A DNA stretch of 64,000 nucleotides from Candidatus Bathyarchaeota archaeon (GTDB lineage: Archaea > Thermoproteota > Bathyarchaeia > Hecatellales > Hecatellaceae), in contig JBQPWD010000001.1 in NCBI GenBank assembly GCA_052246995.1, positions 142,652-206,651 of the forward strand. Reading direction: 5' to 3'. The position numbers and the translations under genes were made by a program. The notes beneath the pieces were generated by a model. It was given only the letters and a program-made list of their open reading frames with translations, searched no databases and was not told the origin of the DNA. Shown here piece after piece: positions 1-8,612 of this stretch. The first letter of the stretch is position 1, and each line of letters begins with the position of its first letter.

Positions 1-508
1 CGCCTGCATCTGCAAGCTTATCAACAACCTTTAAAGCTTCATTAGTGTTAAGCTCACCTATACTTGGTAAACCTGCCGAGGCATAGCAATGTTTACAGTG
101 AAGATTGCATAACTGAGTAAAATTCCAAACAACAAGAAATGGTGCTCCTGGAACAAAGGGTCTTTTTACGCCGAACCTTGAAATTCCTTGTAAAACATTT
201 ATAAGACCTTTTCTCCAGTAAACATTCTCAAACTTTTCCTTAATTTTTAACTCGTTAAGTCCAAAAGCCTCTCCTCCCTTTTTGATAGTCCACCTAACAA
301 GAGGGTAAACGATTTTTGAACATGTCCAGCATGCCTTACTCCTCTTGTTGGCAAAAAGTTCTAATGCAACTTCAACCCTGCTTTTACCATCTTTCTTACA
401 TTTAGAGGAGAATTTTTTTAAAAGGTATCTTATAGATTTTCTGTTTATGGTTGACTTTAAAACTTCAATCGACTGGACTGTAGTATCTTCAACTTTTTCT
501 TTAGCCAA
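1..508 (-). CDS. Radical SAM protein (SPASM/AhbD-PqqE-like), 5'-partial in window; N-terminal extension with CWTC motif
   Basis: Minus-strand translation gives ...[57 protein letters not shown], with a canonical CxxxCxxC radical-SAM cluster motif. The ORF opens just after a TAA, with TTG at 506-508, and runs off the window start. It is absent from the ORF track because it is partial and has no ATG. Confidence 0.65.
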   Translation of the reverse strand, partial: MAKEKVEDTTVQSIEVLKSTINRKSIRYLLKKFSSKCKKDGKSRVEVALELFANKRSKACWTCSKIVYPLVRWTIKKGGEAFGLNELKIKEKFENVYWRKGLINVLQGISRFGVKRPFVPGAPFLVVWNFTQLCNLHCKHCYASAGLPSIGELNTNEALKVVDKLADAG

Positions 509-686
509 AATTTAAGCCACCTAGAGTTATATTAACTATTGGCGTTGTTTTTCAGGTGGGAGGATACTCCTTAACGTAAAATATATAATGTTTCGTTGTA
601 TTTTACTTTTTGGCGATGACGAAAGCTGGTATTACAGAGTAAGCTTACCTAACCTTATGATGAAGAATGAAACCAGGACAGAGCTT

Positions 687-1217
687 TTACTCTTTTTCTT
701 CGAGGCGTGCCAGTGTAAAAAGTAGGTCTGCAACTCTGTTAAGGTAACACCCTAACTCTAAATTTTTAACTTTTCCATCGTGAATGAGTTTATGAACTTT
801 TCTTTCAGCTCTTCTAACAATTGTACGTGCAAAATCTAAAGTTGCTGAAACAGGGTTCTTTCCTGGGATGACAAAGTGTTTTCCTATCTCCACTTTTTCT
901 AGAAGTTTTTCCAGAATTTCTTCTACTTCCTCAACATGCCTTCTTGTTAACTTAAATGGGGCTTTATCGTATGCTTCGAGAGGAGTTGAGAGTTCGGAAC
1001 ATATGTCATATAAAGTTTTCTGAATCTTAAGTATAGTTTCCACAACCTCTCCATTTTTTGACAATGCTTTTGCTAAACCTAAAACTGATACTGCTTCATC
1101 TATTGTGCCGTATGCTTCAACTCTCTCATCATATTTGGGTACCCTTTTACCATCCAGTAAACTTGTATATCCATGATCTCCAGCCTTAGAAAATTTAAAA
1201 AGTTTACCTTCAACCAT
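687..1217 (-). CDS. ATP:cob(I)alamin adenosyltransferase, PduO/MMAB type
   Basis: 176 aa. N-terminal KAGDHGYTSLLDGKRVPK, conserved ...TLYDICSELS... and a C-terminal helical bundle typical of PduO-type adenosyltransferases. Confidence 0.7.
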   Translation of the reverse strand: MVEGKLFKFSKAGDHGYTSLLDGKRVPKYDERVEAYGTIDEAVSVLGLAKALSKNGEVVETILKIQKTLYDICSELSTPLEAYDKAPFKLTRRHVEEVEEILEKLLEKVEIGKHFVIPGKNPVSATLDFARTIVRRAERKVHKLIHDGKVKNLELGCYLNRVADLLFTLARLEEKE

Positions 1218-1394
1218 TATCTTTTCCCCTTTAAATCTTGTATGTGTTTAATGTAACCTTAACTTTAGCGGTAGTATCAATGGTAAAGTATTTTGTTAAC
1301 CTTTATCAAGAAAATTCTAGCTTAAAATGTTTTTAGCTTTACCTCTAGAGTTATAAGATAGACCATTTCTTCTTAAAATTTTTGATGAGAAAAG

Positions 1395-2336
1395 TTGAAG
1401 AATTCTGAACTTGTAGTTATTGGGCATCTTTCAATAGACCGTGTAAAAAATAAGTGGGGTGAAAATGTTCAGCCTGGTGGTGCTGCTTTATACACTTCTC
1501 TCGGAGCCAAAGTTTTAATGGATGAAGTTAGAGTTATTTCGGTTGTTGGAAAAGATTATCGTTATCTTGACTTTATATACTCAAATTTTCCAGGTTCAAT
1601 CATCAAGAAAGTTAACCTTCCATCAACATTTTTTAGGATAAGTTATGATGAAAAGTTTAAAGCAAAATATGATGAGGTTAAGCTTGGTGCTGGTGCATTA
1701 TTAAGGGTTAATGACATACCTTACCACCTCATTAAAAAGGAGAATCTTTTTCATATAGCTCCATTATCTCCAAGAAAGGCTGAACGTTTTATAGATAAAA
1801 TTAAGGGTAGGTCTCCAGGTGCATGGGTTTCAATGACAACATCTCCTGACTATATTGAAAAATCTAGTAATAGGAAAATTCTTAGAAGAATTATGAGCAA
1901 AGTTGACCTTTTTATTGTTAATGACTATGAAGCAATGCTTCTTGCTGAAACTGAAAGCTTAATTTCAGCTGTAAGCTCTTTAAAGGCTAAAAGGCTAGCT
2001 GTAACTTTAGGTCCCGTTGGAGCGATTTTTGTTGAAAATGGAAAAATTCAGATGATTCCTGCTCTTAGTGGTTTAACGTTAAATCCTAAAGACACAACTG
2101 GTGCTGGAGATACTTGGTGTGGTTGTCTTCTTGCCTCCTACATTAAAACTGGCGATTGGACAAAATCTGTTGTTGCAGCATGCCTTATTTCGGCTATTAA
2201 ATGTTTAGATTGGGGTTTTGAAAAAATTAAGAGGCTTAGATTTAGAAACTTGGATGATGTCATTGTTCATGTTTTAAGTCTAAGTCAAAATACAGGCCAG
2301 TTAACGTTAGAGGAGTTTTTAAGTAGAGATGTTTAA
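1395..2336 (+). CDS. PfkB-family carbohydrate/nucleoside kinase (ribokinase-like)
   Basis: 313 aa. N-terminal VVIGHLSIDRV and a C-terminal TTGAGDTWCGCLLAS anion-hole/GAGD motif of the ribokinase superfamily. Confidence 0.65.
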   Translation: MKNSELVVIGHLSIDRVKNKWGENVQPGGAALYTSLGAKVLMDEVRVISVVGKDYRYLDFIYSNFPGSIIKKVNLPSTFFRISYDEKFKAKYDEVKLGAGALLRVNDIPYHLIKKENLFHIAPLSPRKAERFIDKIKGRSPGAWVSMTTSPDYIEKSSNRKILRRIMSKVDLFIVNDYEAMLLAETESLISAVSSLKAKRLAVTLGPVGAIFVENGKIQMIPALSGLTLNPKDTTGAGDTWCGCLLASYIKTGDWTKSVVAACLISAIKCLDWGFEKIKRLRFRNLDDVIVHVLSLSQNTGQLTLEEFLSRDV

Positions 2337-2396
2337 CTTTAAAAGCTTTTCCAATACCCTACAATTTAAAGCTTATGTAACCACGGAGGTAGGTAA

Positions 2397-2672
2397 ATGT
2401 TTAACTTAAGAGACGTTTTAAATAGAATACGTTGGAATAAAAAGTTTAACCCTGACGATTACGTCATCACATTTATTCATAGAGATGCTAAAAGTAACAG
2501 AAAGACAATTCCATATAGGGTTATAACTACCATAGGTAAATCTTGGTTTACATATAAAAATAGTGAAACAGATGAGGAAACTTTTATTCCCTACCATAGA
2601 ATCTTAGAAATAAGAAACGTTAAAACAGGTAAAATTTTATGGAGTAAAGTCTTAAAGCTAAAAAATAGTTAA
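2397..2672 (+). CDS. DUF504/UPF0248 family small protein (MJ1316-like RNA-binding domain)
   Basis: 91 aa basic protein with an RWNKK...DYVITFIHRD...IPYHRI pattern resembling the archaeal DUF504 family. Recognised from memory only. Confidence 0.4.
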   Translation: MFNLRDVLNRIRWNKKFNPDDYVITFIHRDAKSNRKTIPYRVITTIGKSWFTYKNSETDEETFIPYHRILEIRNVKTGKILWSKVLKLKNS

Positions 2673-3061
2673 AAAATTGTGAAAATAGACACTTAGCCTT
2701 TTCTCTAAGCTATATTACTGGTTTATAGGAAGAATAAAAACCCGCCTTGAAGATTTAAAGAGAACTATGGACCAATGGGCCAGGACAAGCTCTATAAGCA
2801 TGTTTCTACATTGGCTAAGGGTTCAACGATCCATCATCGGAGAATCTAAGTTCCTTCAAGGGAGAAGCTTTTCTAGATTGTTTAGTTTTAATTTTATGCT
2901 TGGTTTATAGAAATCAGTTACATGTATCCAAACTCGTTAATGCGCAAGGTTTTATGTTAAAGTGGGCATCTTATTAACTATTAACAAGGTTGTCTAATCT
3001 TACATACTGTTGATATCGGTAAAGCAACTACGCGACATCAAGTTAACGGTTACGCTTAACA

Positions 3062-4291
3062 TCAACTGAAACTGGAAATGATCCTATCCAAGTTCTTTCT
3101 CACAGCGTCTATAAACTCTTCGGTTGTTAGAACTGCTTTTATAGGTCCTTCGCATACCCTAGCTACATCTTGTGTAGTTATTCCATCTTCTATCGTAAGC
3201 TTTGTAGCTTTTTCAAGTATGTTGGCAAATTTGATTAAATCGTTTACTCCATCAATTTTACCTCTTCTTCTCAGGGCCTTGGACCACGCAAATATTATTG
3301 CTGTAGAGTTTGTGGAGGTTTTCTCGCCTTTAAGGTGTCGGTAGTAGTGCCGTTGGACAGTACCATGTGCTGCCTCGGACATATAGTAACCGCCAGGAGA
3401 CATAAGCTCAGAGGTCATCATGGCAAGGCTACCTGTAAAGGCTGAAGCAACCATGTCGGAAAGAATATCTCCATCATAGTTTTTTGTTGCCCAGACGAAA
3501 CCCCCTTCAGACCTCATAACCCTAGAGTAGGCATCATCTATCAAGTAGTACTCGTACTTTAATTTTCTCACTTCAAACAATTCCTTAAACTCCTCCTCGT
3601 AAACCTTGTAAAATATCTCCTTAAACCTAGCATCATAAACTTTTGATATTGTTTCCTTAGCGGTAAACCAAACATCCAAGCTGTTAATTAGAGCGTACCT
3701 GAAGACCGACCGGGCAAAGGATTCTATTGACCTATCAAGATTATAGTAGGCTTGTAAAACACCTGAACCTGGAAGCTTAGGTAGCTTTACTTTGAGCTCT
3801 CTGCCTGACATAGACTTGAAGGTAACTTCAGCTTCACCTGGCTCGTCAAACTTTAATCCTACACCGGAGTATATGTCTCCAAAAGCATGTCGAGCGACGA
3901 CTATTGGTTTCTTCCAGAACCTAACCGCTGGTGTAATGTTTTTAACCATGATTGGGGTTCTGAATATGGTTCCATCAAGTATCTCCCTTATGGTTGCATT
4001 TGGGCTTCTCCACTCCTTCTTTAAATTGTATTCCTTAACCCTCTCAGCGTTTGGTGTAATTGTGGCACACTTAACTCCAACACCCCACTTCTTAATTGCC
4101 TCAGCCGCTCTAACAGTGACCTCGTCGTTGGTTTCATCTCTAACCTTTAAGCCTAGGTCGTAGTACTCTACTTTGAGCTCCACGTAAGGCTTAATAAGTT
4201 TCTCCTTAACCCAATGCCACATAACCCTGGCCATTTCGTCCCCGTCTATTTCAACTATAGGGTTGAGCATCACAATTTTATCCATACCCAA
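3062..4291 (-). CDS. icd: NADP-dependent isocitrate dehydrogenase, subfamily II (eukaryote/IDH1-like)
   Basis: 409 aa. N-terminus IVEIDGDEMARVMWHWVKEKLI matches the IDH1/IDH2-type signature (EMDGDEMTRIIW) rather than the prokaryotic type I IDH. The gene ends with TGA and is visibly more GC-rich than its neighbours. Confidence 0.8.
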   Translation of the reverse strand: MGMDKIVMLNPIVEIDGDEMARVMWHWVKEKLIKPYVELKVEYYDLGLKVRDETNDEVTVRAAEAIKKWGVGVKCATITPNAERVKEYNLKKEWRSPNATIREILDGTIFRTPIMVKNITPAVRFWKKPIVVARHAFGDIYSGVGLKFDEPGEAEVTFKSMSGRELKVKLPKLPGSGVLQAYYNLDRSIESFARSVFRYALINSLDVWFTAKETISKVYDARFKEIFYKVYEEEFKELFEVRKLKYEYYLIDDAYSRVMRSEGGFVWATKNYDGDILSDMVASAFTGSLAMMTSELMSPGGYYMSEAAHGTVQRHYYRHLKGEKTSTNSTAIIFAWSKALRRRGKIDGVNDLIKFANILEKATKLTIEDGITTQDVARVCEGPIKAVLTTEEFIDAVRKNLDRIISSFS

Positions 4292-4457
4292 TACACATCT
4301 AGAAGATTGAGTACAACAAGGCTATAAAAGTTGATTATTTTGCTCTGATTTTTATCTTTCCTACTCAAAGAAGGGGTTACTTCCTCTAGAGTTTAGCTTA
4401 TAGTGGAAAAGTGTAAATAATGGATGTAAACGTAAAAAGTGTAAAGGTGAATGTGAA

Positions 4458-5417
4458 TTGAATAAACCTGTAGACTTTCTTATTGCTATGGCCCTCTCAG
4501 CCATATTTACATTGGTGTTAACATTTCTAGTGTTTGAAGTTGCGAGGGTTATGAATGAATTCTTGTTAAACTTTTTCCCAGATCAAGTGCTGCTTTCGGA
4601 ATGGGAGAAAACTAAGGAGGTAGTGGAATGTTTAAGACCATATGGCTATGCTGCCTTTGGAGCAGTTTTAGGTTTAATAATTTCAGGTTTTCTTGTTAAA
4701 AAATGTTATATTTCCACAGTTGGCTCTATATTTCTGTATTTACCAGTTTTTGGTCATTTTGCTTTTACAATGTTTTTCCTTGCTGGTGTTGGTGTTATGA
4801 GGTTTTTATGGCTTCCTATGCTGGATTTATCTCCACTACTTCTACAAATGGGTGATGTTGTCTACACACCTTATTTTCTCCTAGTGCTTCTATTTAGGGT
4901 TGTGGGTTTGGATGTAGCTGCCCCGTTAAGCCTCATAATCATGAGTGCTGGAATTCTGGTTTTCATGTCTGGGGCTTCAGCATGGCTTTATGGAAAGTTT
5001 AATAGACGTGAAATTGTTGATTTTTGGATTTACAAATATTCAAGACATCCCCAGTACCTAGGTTTTCTGTTGTGGACCTATGGTTTGCTTACTTTAACAA
5101 CATCTCTTCCAACTCCTCGAGGCGGCTACTTTCCCAGTCCAAGCCTACCTTGGCTTGTTTCAGCTTTAATAGTTGTTGCCGTTGCTCTATTTGAAGAGAT
5201 ACAAATGGTTAAAAGTTATGGTGAAAAATATATAAAATATCGGGGTGTCACACCATTTATGTTACCACTTCCAAGGCAACTTTCAAAGTTAACGGCAAGA
5301 TTTGTAAATGTTCTGATAAAAAAGAGTCTACCTGAAAGTGGGAAGGAGGTTCTTTACATCATCACCATTTTCGGTTTTATCTTTATTTTACTGTCAATCC
5401 CATTTTTGCTAATATAA
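4458..5417 (+). CDS. Membrane methyltransferase of the isoprenylcysteine carboxyl methyltransferase / phospholipid methyltransferase family
   Basis: 319 aa polytopic membrane protein with a TTG start. The C-terminal SRHPQYLGFLLWTYG...EEIQMVKSYGEKYIKYRGVTP is the ICMT/PEMT signature (RHPxY...EE). Confidence 0.6.
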   Translation: MNKPVDFLIAMALSAIFTLVLTFLVFEVARVMNEFLLNFFPDQVLLSEWEKTKEVVECLRPYGYAAFGAVLGLIISGFLVKKCYISTVGSIFLYLPVFGHFAFTMFFLAGVGVMRFLWLPMLDLSPLLLQMGDVVYTPYFLLVLLFRVVGLDVAAPLSLIIMSAGILVFMSGASAWLYGKFNRREIVDFWIYKYSRHPQYLGFLLWTYGLLTLTTSLPTPRGGYFPSPSLPWLVSALIVVAVALFEEIQMVKSYGEKYIKYRGVTPFMLPLPRQLSKLTARFVNVLIKKSLPESGKEVLYIITIFGFIFILLSIPFLLI

Positions 5418-5553
5418 AGGCACAAACATAGTTTTATGTTTAGAACTTCCTAAAATTTTTGTGGTTTTTGGTTTTTTCCATAATATTTTTAAACTTACAT
5501 AAAAAAGTTGTCAAATCTATCTTCAATGTTTCAAATAGCTTCTAGCTTTAATC

Positions 5554-5892
5554 TTAACCTCTCTCAATATGTTCAATAAATTCTTCAGGTGCGTATTGTA
5601 GGATCCCTCTAGCTTGGTATGCGAATCCGTTGGCTACAAGAACCTTTACAACCCTGTCTACCCAAATTCGTTGCCTTAGAAGTATCTCTAAAGCTTTAGT
5701 GTAGTTTCGGTTTAGCTGTCTAACAGCCAACCTCTGTTGCTTACTAGAGAGGACGTAGTTTTTACATTCAACAAGATACGCTATACTCCCTCTAACAGCC
5801 AAAATATCGCATTTATTTTTCCGAAGCCAAACGATGTAACCTCTCCGCCTAAAGGCCTCGGCAACCCTCTCCTCAAGTTCACTACCACTCAA
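5554..5892 (-). CDS. Hjc-like PD-(D/E)xK nuclease (Holliday junction resolvase family)
   Basis: 112 aa. ELEERVAEAFRRRGYIVWLRKNKCDILAVRGSIAYLVECK reproduces the Hjc pattern E...GFxVxR...DLIA...IEVK, i.e. catalytic E, D and E-x-K. It lies immediately downstream of a tRNA gene. Confidence 0.5.
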   Translation of the reverse strand: MSGSELEERVAEAFRRRGYIVWLRKNKCDILAVRGSIAYLVECKNYVLSSKQQRLAVRQLNRNYTKALEILLRQRIWVDRVVKVLVANGFAYQARGILQYAPEEFIEHIERG

Positions 5893-5927
5893 CCTATACC
5901 ACTTCTACAACAATCTTGTCTTTCCAT

Positions 5928-5962
5928 CTTTAAGGTAAAATAAAACGGTGAAGTTCTTCACC
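5928..5962 (-). terminator. Hairpin plus T-tract terminator downstream of tRNA-Arg (bidirectional-looking)
   Basis: Perfect inverted repeat ggtgaag/cttcacc at 5947-5962. On the minus strand it is followed by GTTTTATTTTACC; on the plus strand by TTTTCTTC. Confidence 0.35.
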
Positions 5963-6058
5963 TTTTCTTCAACACTTCTAGCGTTTCAGTTTAAGGTTAG
6001 TTTGTTTCTTGTAAAGCCGTGTAGGAATGTTTAGTTCTCTTTGTAAAACTTACAAAGG

Positions 6059-6137
6059 TGGCGGGCCCGGTGGGACTTGAACCCACGACCTCCGGCTCCG
6101 CAGGCCAGCGTCCTATTCCTTGCTAGACGACGGGCCC
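6059..6137 (-). tRNA. tRNA-Arg (anticodon GCG), CCA encoded
   Basis: Reverse complement folds as GGGCCCG-TC-GTCT-AGCAAGGAATA-GGAC-G-CTGGC-CTGCGGA-GCCGG-AGGTC-GTGGG-TTCAAGT-CCCAC-CGGGCCC-G-CCA. All four stems pair. Anticodon loop CT-GCG-GA. Stems are GC-rich. Confidence 0.85.
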
Positions 6138-6250
6138 TTAATTTAGGTCTTGTTTAATATTGTTAGTGTGTTTTAAGACTAAATGTTTTTTGTTTATTTC
6201 AAAAAATGTTAAATTTAGCTGTGTTACATCTTAGTTGATGGTTTAATCGT

Positions 6251-7903
6251 GTGGTAGACTTGGCTACAGATGTTCATGAGGATTACTGGCTGTTTAAGAT
6301 TGTTAGGGAGCTTGAAAATGTTAAAGATGAAAAAATAGTTTTTAGCACTGCTAAAACTCCAAGCGGTCCTATACATATAGGTGTTGGTAGGGAGCTTGTT
6401 TATTGTGCAGTGCTTGAAAAAGCTCTTAGAGAGGAAAGGGGAAGAAAAACCGAGTTTCTATTTTTTGTTGATGATTTTGACTCGCTTAAAAGTTTTCCAC
6501 CAAACACTCCAAAGGAGTTTAGTTCTCATAAAGAGTTTATTGGTAGACCTATGCACCTCGTTCCCTGTCCATATAATCATTGTGAAAGTTGGGGTAAACA
6601 CTATGCTGAAGAGTTGATTAACAACTTTCCAGACTTCGGTTTTTATCCGAAAATTATCTGGTCTCATGAGCTTTACCAAACACCTGAAATGAAAAACATT
6701 ATAAGGCTAGCTTTAAACAAGGTTGATGAAATCAGAAGCATCATGGTTGAAGTTGTAGGCCCAACTCTTAATGAAGAACAGTTTAAACGTTTTTGCAAGG
6801 ATATAGAGAAATGGTATCCCTGTCTTGTTTTATGTGAAAACTGCCTAAAACTTAAAACAACGGTTGTAACCGGGTGGTTTCCTTCTACTGACACGTTAAC
6901 CTATTTTTGTGAGGCATGTGGACATAAAGGTGAGGTTAAAGTTAAAGATTGGCCTGTAAAATTAAGGTGGAGAGTTGATTGGCCTGCAAAATGGTCTATT
7001 TTTAAGGTTACATGTGAACCTGCAGGTAAAGATCATTGCGTTAAGGGTGGGGCGTATGATACTGGGGAGCAAATAGCCTTAAAAATTTTTAATTGGAAGG
7101 GGCCATACCGTATTCCCTATGAATGGATTTTACTTGGAGAAAAAGCTATGAAAACTCATAAAGGTATTGCGTTTACATTTTCAGAGTGGATTTCTGTTGC
7201 ACCACCTGAGGTTTATCGCTACCTTATTCTTAAAGAAGATCCTAAAAAACACATAAACTTCCAGCCTGAAAATATTCAGCAACTAATAGATGAGTTTGAG
7301 AAAATTGAGAGGATATATTTTAGTGTTGAAAAAGCTTTAAACCCTACAGAAGAAAAGATGGCTAAGCATGTCTACCCAATTTCAATGGTTTCAGGTCCAC
7401 CCAAGAAACTGCCTGTTAGACTTCCATACAGATTTGCCACAATTATAGTTCAGCTTAAACCTTTACTTGGAGAGGAGAAAATTCTTGACAAGTCTTTATT
7501 TGTTGTTAAAAAGTTTTATGGTGAGGTTGATACTAGTGAAGCTGTTAAAGCCATCAGGGAAAGGTTAAAGATGGCTGAATACTGGGTTAAAAATTACGCT
7601 CCTGAATGGTTAAAAATAAACATTACCGAATCCGTAGCATCAGATGTTAAGAAAAGCTTAAGTGAAAAACAAAAAGAAGCTTTAAAAGTTTTTCTTGAAA
7701 AATTTACAAGTAAAGAATGGGACGAGGAAGCCTTACAATTTGAAGTTTTTGAAATAGGTAAAAAGCTTGGTATAGGTGCAAAAATATTTGAAACTTTCTA
7801 CCTAATTTTCCTAGGCAAAAAATTTGGTCCTAGACTTGCACCATTTCTCTTATCGCTTGATAAAAACTTTGTCATTAAACGGATAGTAGAAGCCCTAAGC
7901 TAG
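6251..7903 (+). CDS. lysK: Lysyl-tRNA synthetase, class I (archaeal LysK type)
   Basis: 550 aa with GTG start. KTPSGPIHIGVGRELVYCAVL is the class I HIGH-type motif of LysRS-I, and the overall architecture matches archaeal class I LysRS. Confidence 0.8.
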   Translation: MVDLATDVHEDYWLFKIVRELENVKDEKIVFSTAKTPSGPIHIGVGRELVYCAVLEKALREERGRKTEFLFFVDDFDSLKSFPPNTPKEFSSHKEFIGRPMHLVPCPYNHCESWGKHYAEELINNFPDFGFYPKIIWSHELYQTPEMKNIIRLALNKVDEIRSIMVEVVGPTLNEEQFKRFCKDIEKWYPCLVLCENCLKLKTTVVTGWFPSTDTLTYFCEACGHKGEVKVKDWPVKLRWRVDWPAKWSIFKVTCEPAGKDHCVKGGAYDTGEQIALKIFNWKGPYRIPYEWILLGEKAMKTHKGIAFTFSEWISVAPPEVYRYLILKEDPKKHINFQPENIQQLIDEFEKIERIYFSVEKALNPTEEKMAKHVYPISMVSGPPKKLPVRLPYRFATIIVQLKPLLGEEKILDKSLFVVKKFYGEVDTSEAVKAIRERLKMAEYWVKNYAPEWLKINITESVASDVKKSLSEKQKEALKVFLEKFTSKEWDEEALQFEVFEIGKKLGIGAKIFETFYLIFLGKKFGPRLAPFLLSLDKNFVIKRIVEALS

Positions 7904-8043
7904 AGTTCTCCGTTTTCTGTACGTCAACATTTTTATGTTATTTTTGTTTTATATCTACTTAATCAATCCTATTGTTTAGGGTTACTGGATGTTGAAGAAT
8001 AGAGCATCTTTACCCGAATAATTTTGTTAAGCGGTGGGTTTTC

Positions 8044-8610
8044 ATGAAGGAAAAAGATGTTAAAAAAGTAAGACTTACAAGAAAAAGTTATCTTGAAATT
8101 AACCTTAAGAGTGGTGAATTTTACCTTGTTAGGGATAACTTAAAACGTAGAGTTTTTATGATGCAACCTGAAACATTTCTAGGCATCATTAAAGGTTTTG
8201 AGAAAACTTTTGGTTCGGGATATTCTACTATTACTAAGGTTGGAGCCGAAAATGCTGGTAGAGAGAGTGCTTACTTAACAACAAAGAACATGAGTTTAGA
8301 GGAGAGGCTAAAGTACGTTAAAGCCGTTTTCTCAAGTGTTAGTGGATGGGGTTTTGGCGTTTATGAACTTGTAAAGTTTGAGCCTGAAAAACCTTATATA
8401 AAACTTAGAATACATAACAATGTTTTCGCTTCTAGTGTTAAAGGTAAAGATGAAGCTGAAAGTTTTGTAGACCATTACCTGACAGGTTTTCTTCAAGGTT
8501 TTTTTTCTGAAATATTTAACAAGAAGCTTAAATGCTACGAAACTTGTTGCATGGCAAAGGATAAAACGGATTACTGTGAATTTGAACTTTCCCCTGCTGA
8601 AGAAGGTTAA
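8044..8610 (+). CDS. V4R-domain protein (predicted small-molecule/hydrocarbon-binding regulator domain)
   Basis: 188 aa. The C-terminal CYETCCMAKDKTDYCEF cysteine triad pattern is typical of V4R domains. Confidence 0.45.
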   Translation: MKEKDVKKVRLTRKSYLEINLKSGEFYLVRDNLKRRVFMMQPETFLGIIKGFEKTFGSGYSTITKVGAENAGRESAYLTTKNMSLEERLKYVKAVFSSVSGWGFGVYELVKFEPEKPYIKLRIHNNVFASSVKGKDEAESFVDHYLTGFLQGFFSEIFNKKLKCYETCCMAKDKTDYCEFELSPAEEG

Positions 8611-8612
8611 AA

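Noticed and set aside
3078-4163. Antisense ORFs inside icd (3078..3344, 3792..4163) and similar short ORFs opposite argS, lysK, atpA, mcm, malic enzyme, TldD and others
   Set aside because: They lie entirely within strongly supported genes on the opposite strand, have low-complexity S/T/L-rich translations and no start context. They are shadow ORFs.
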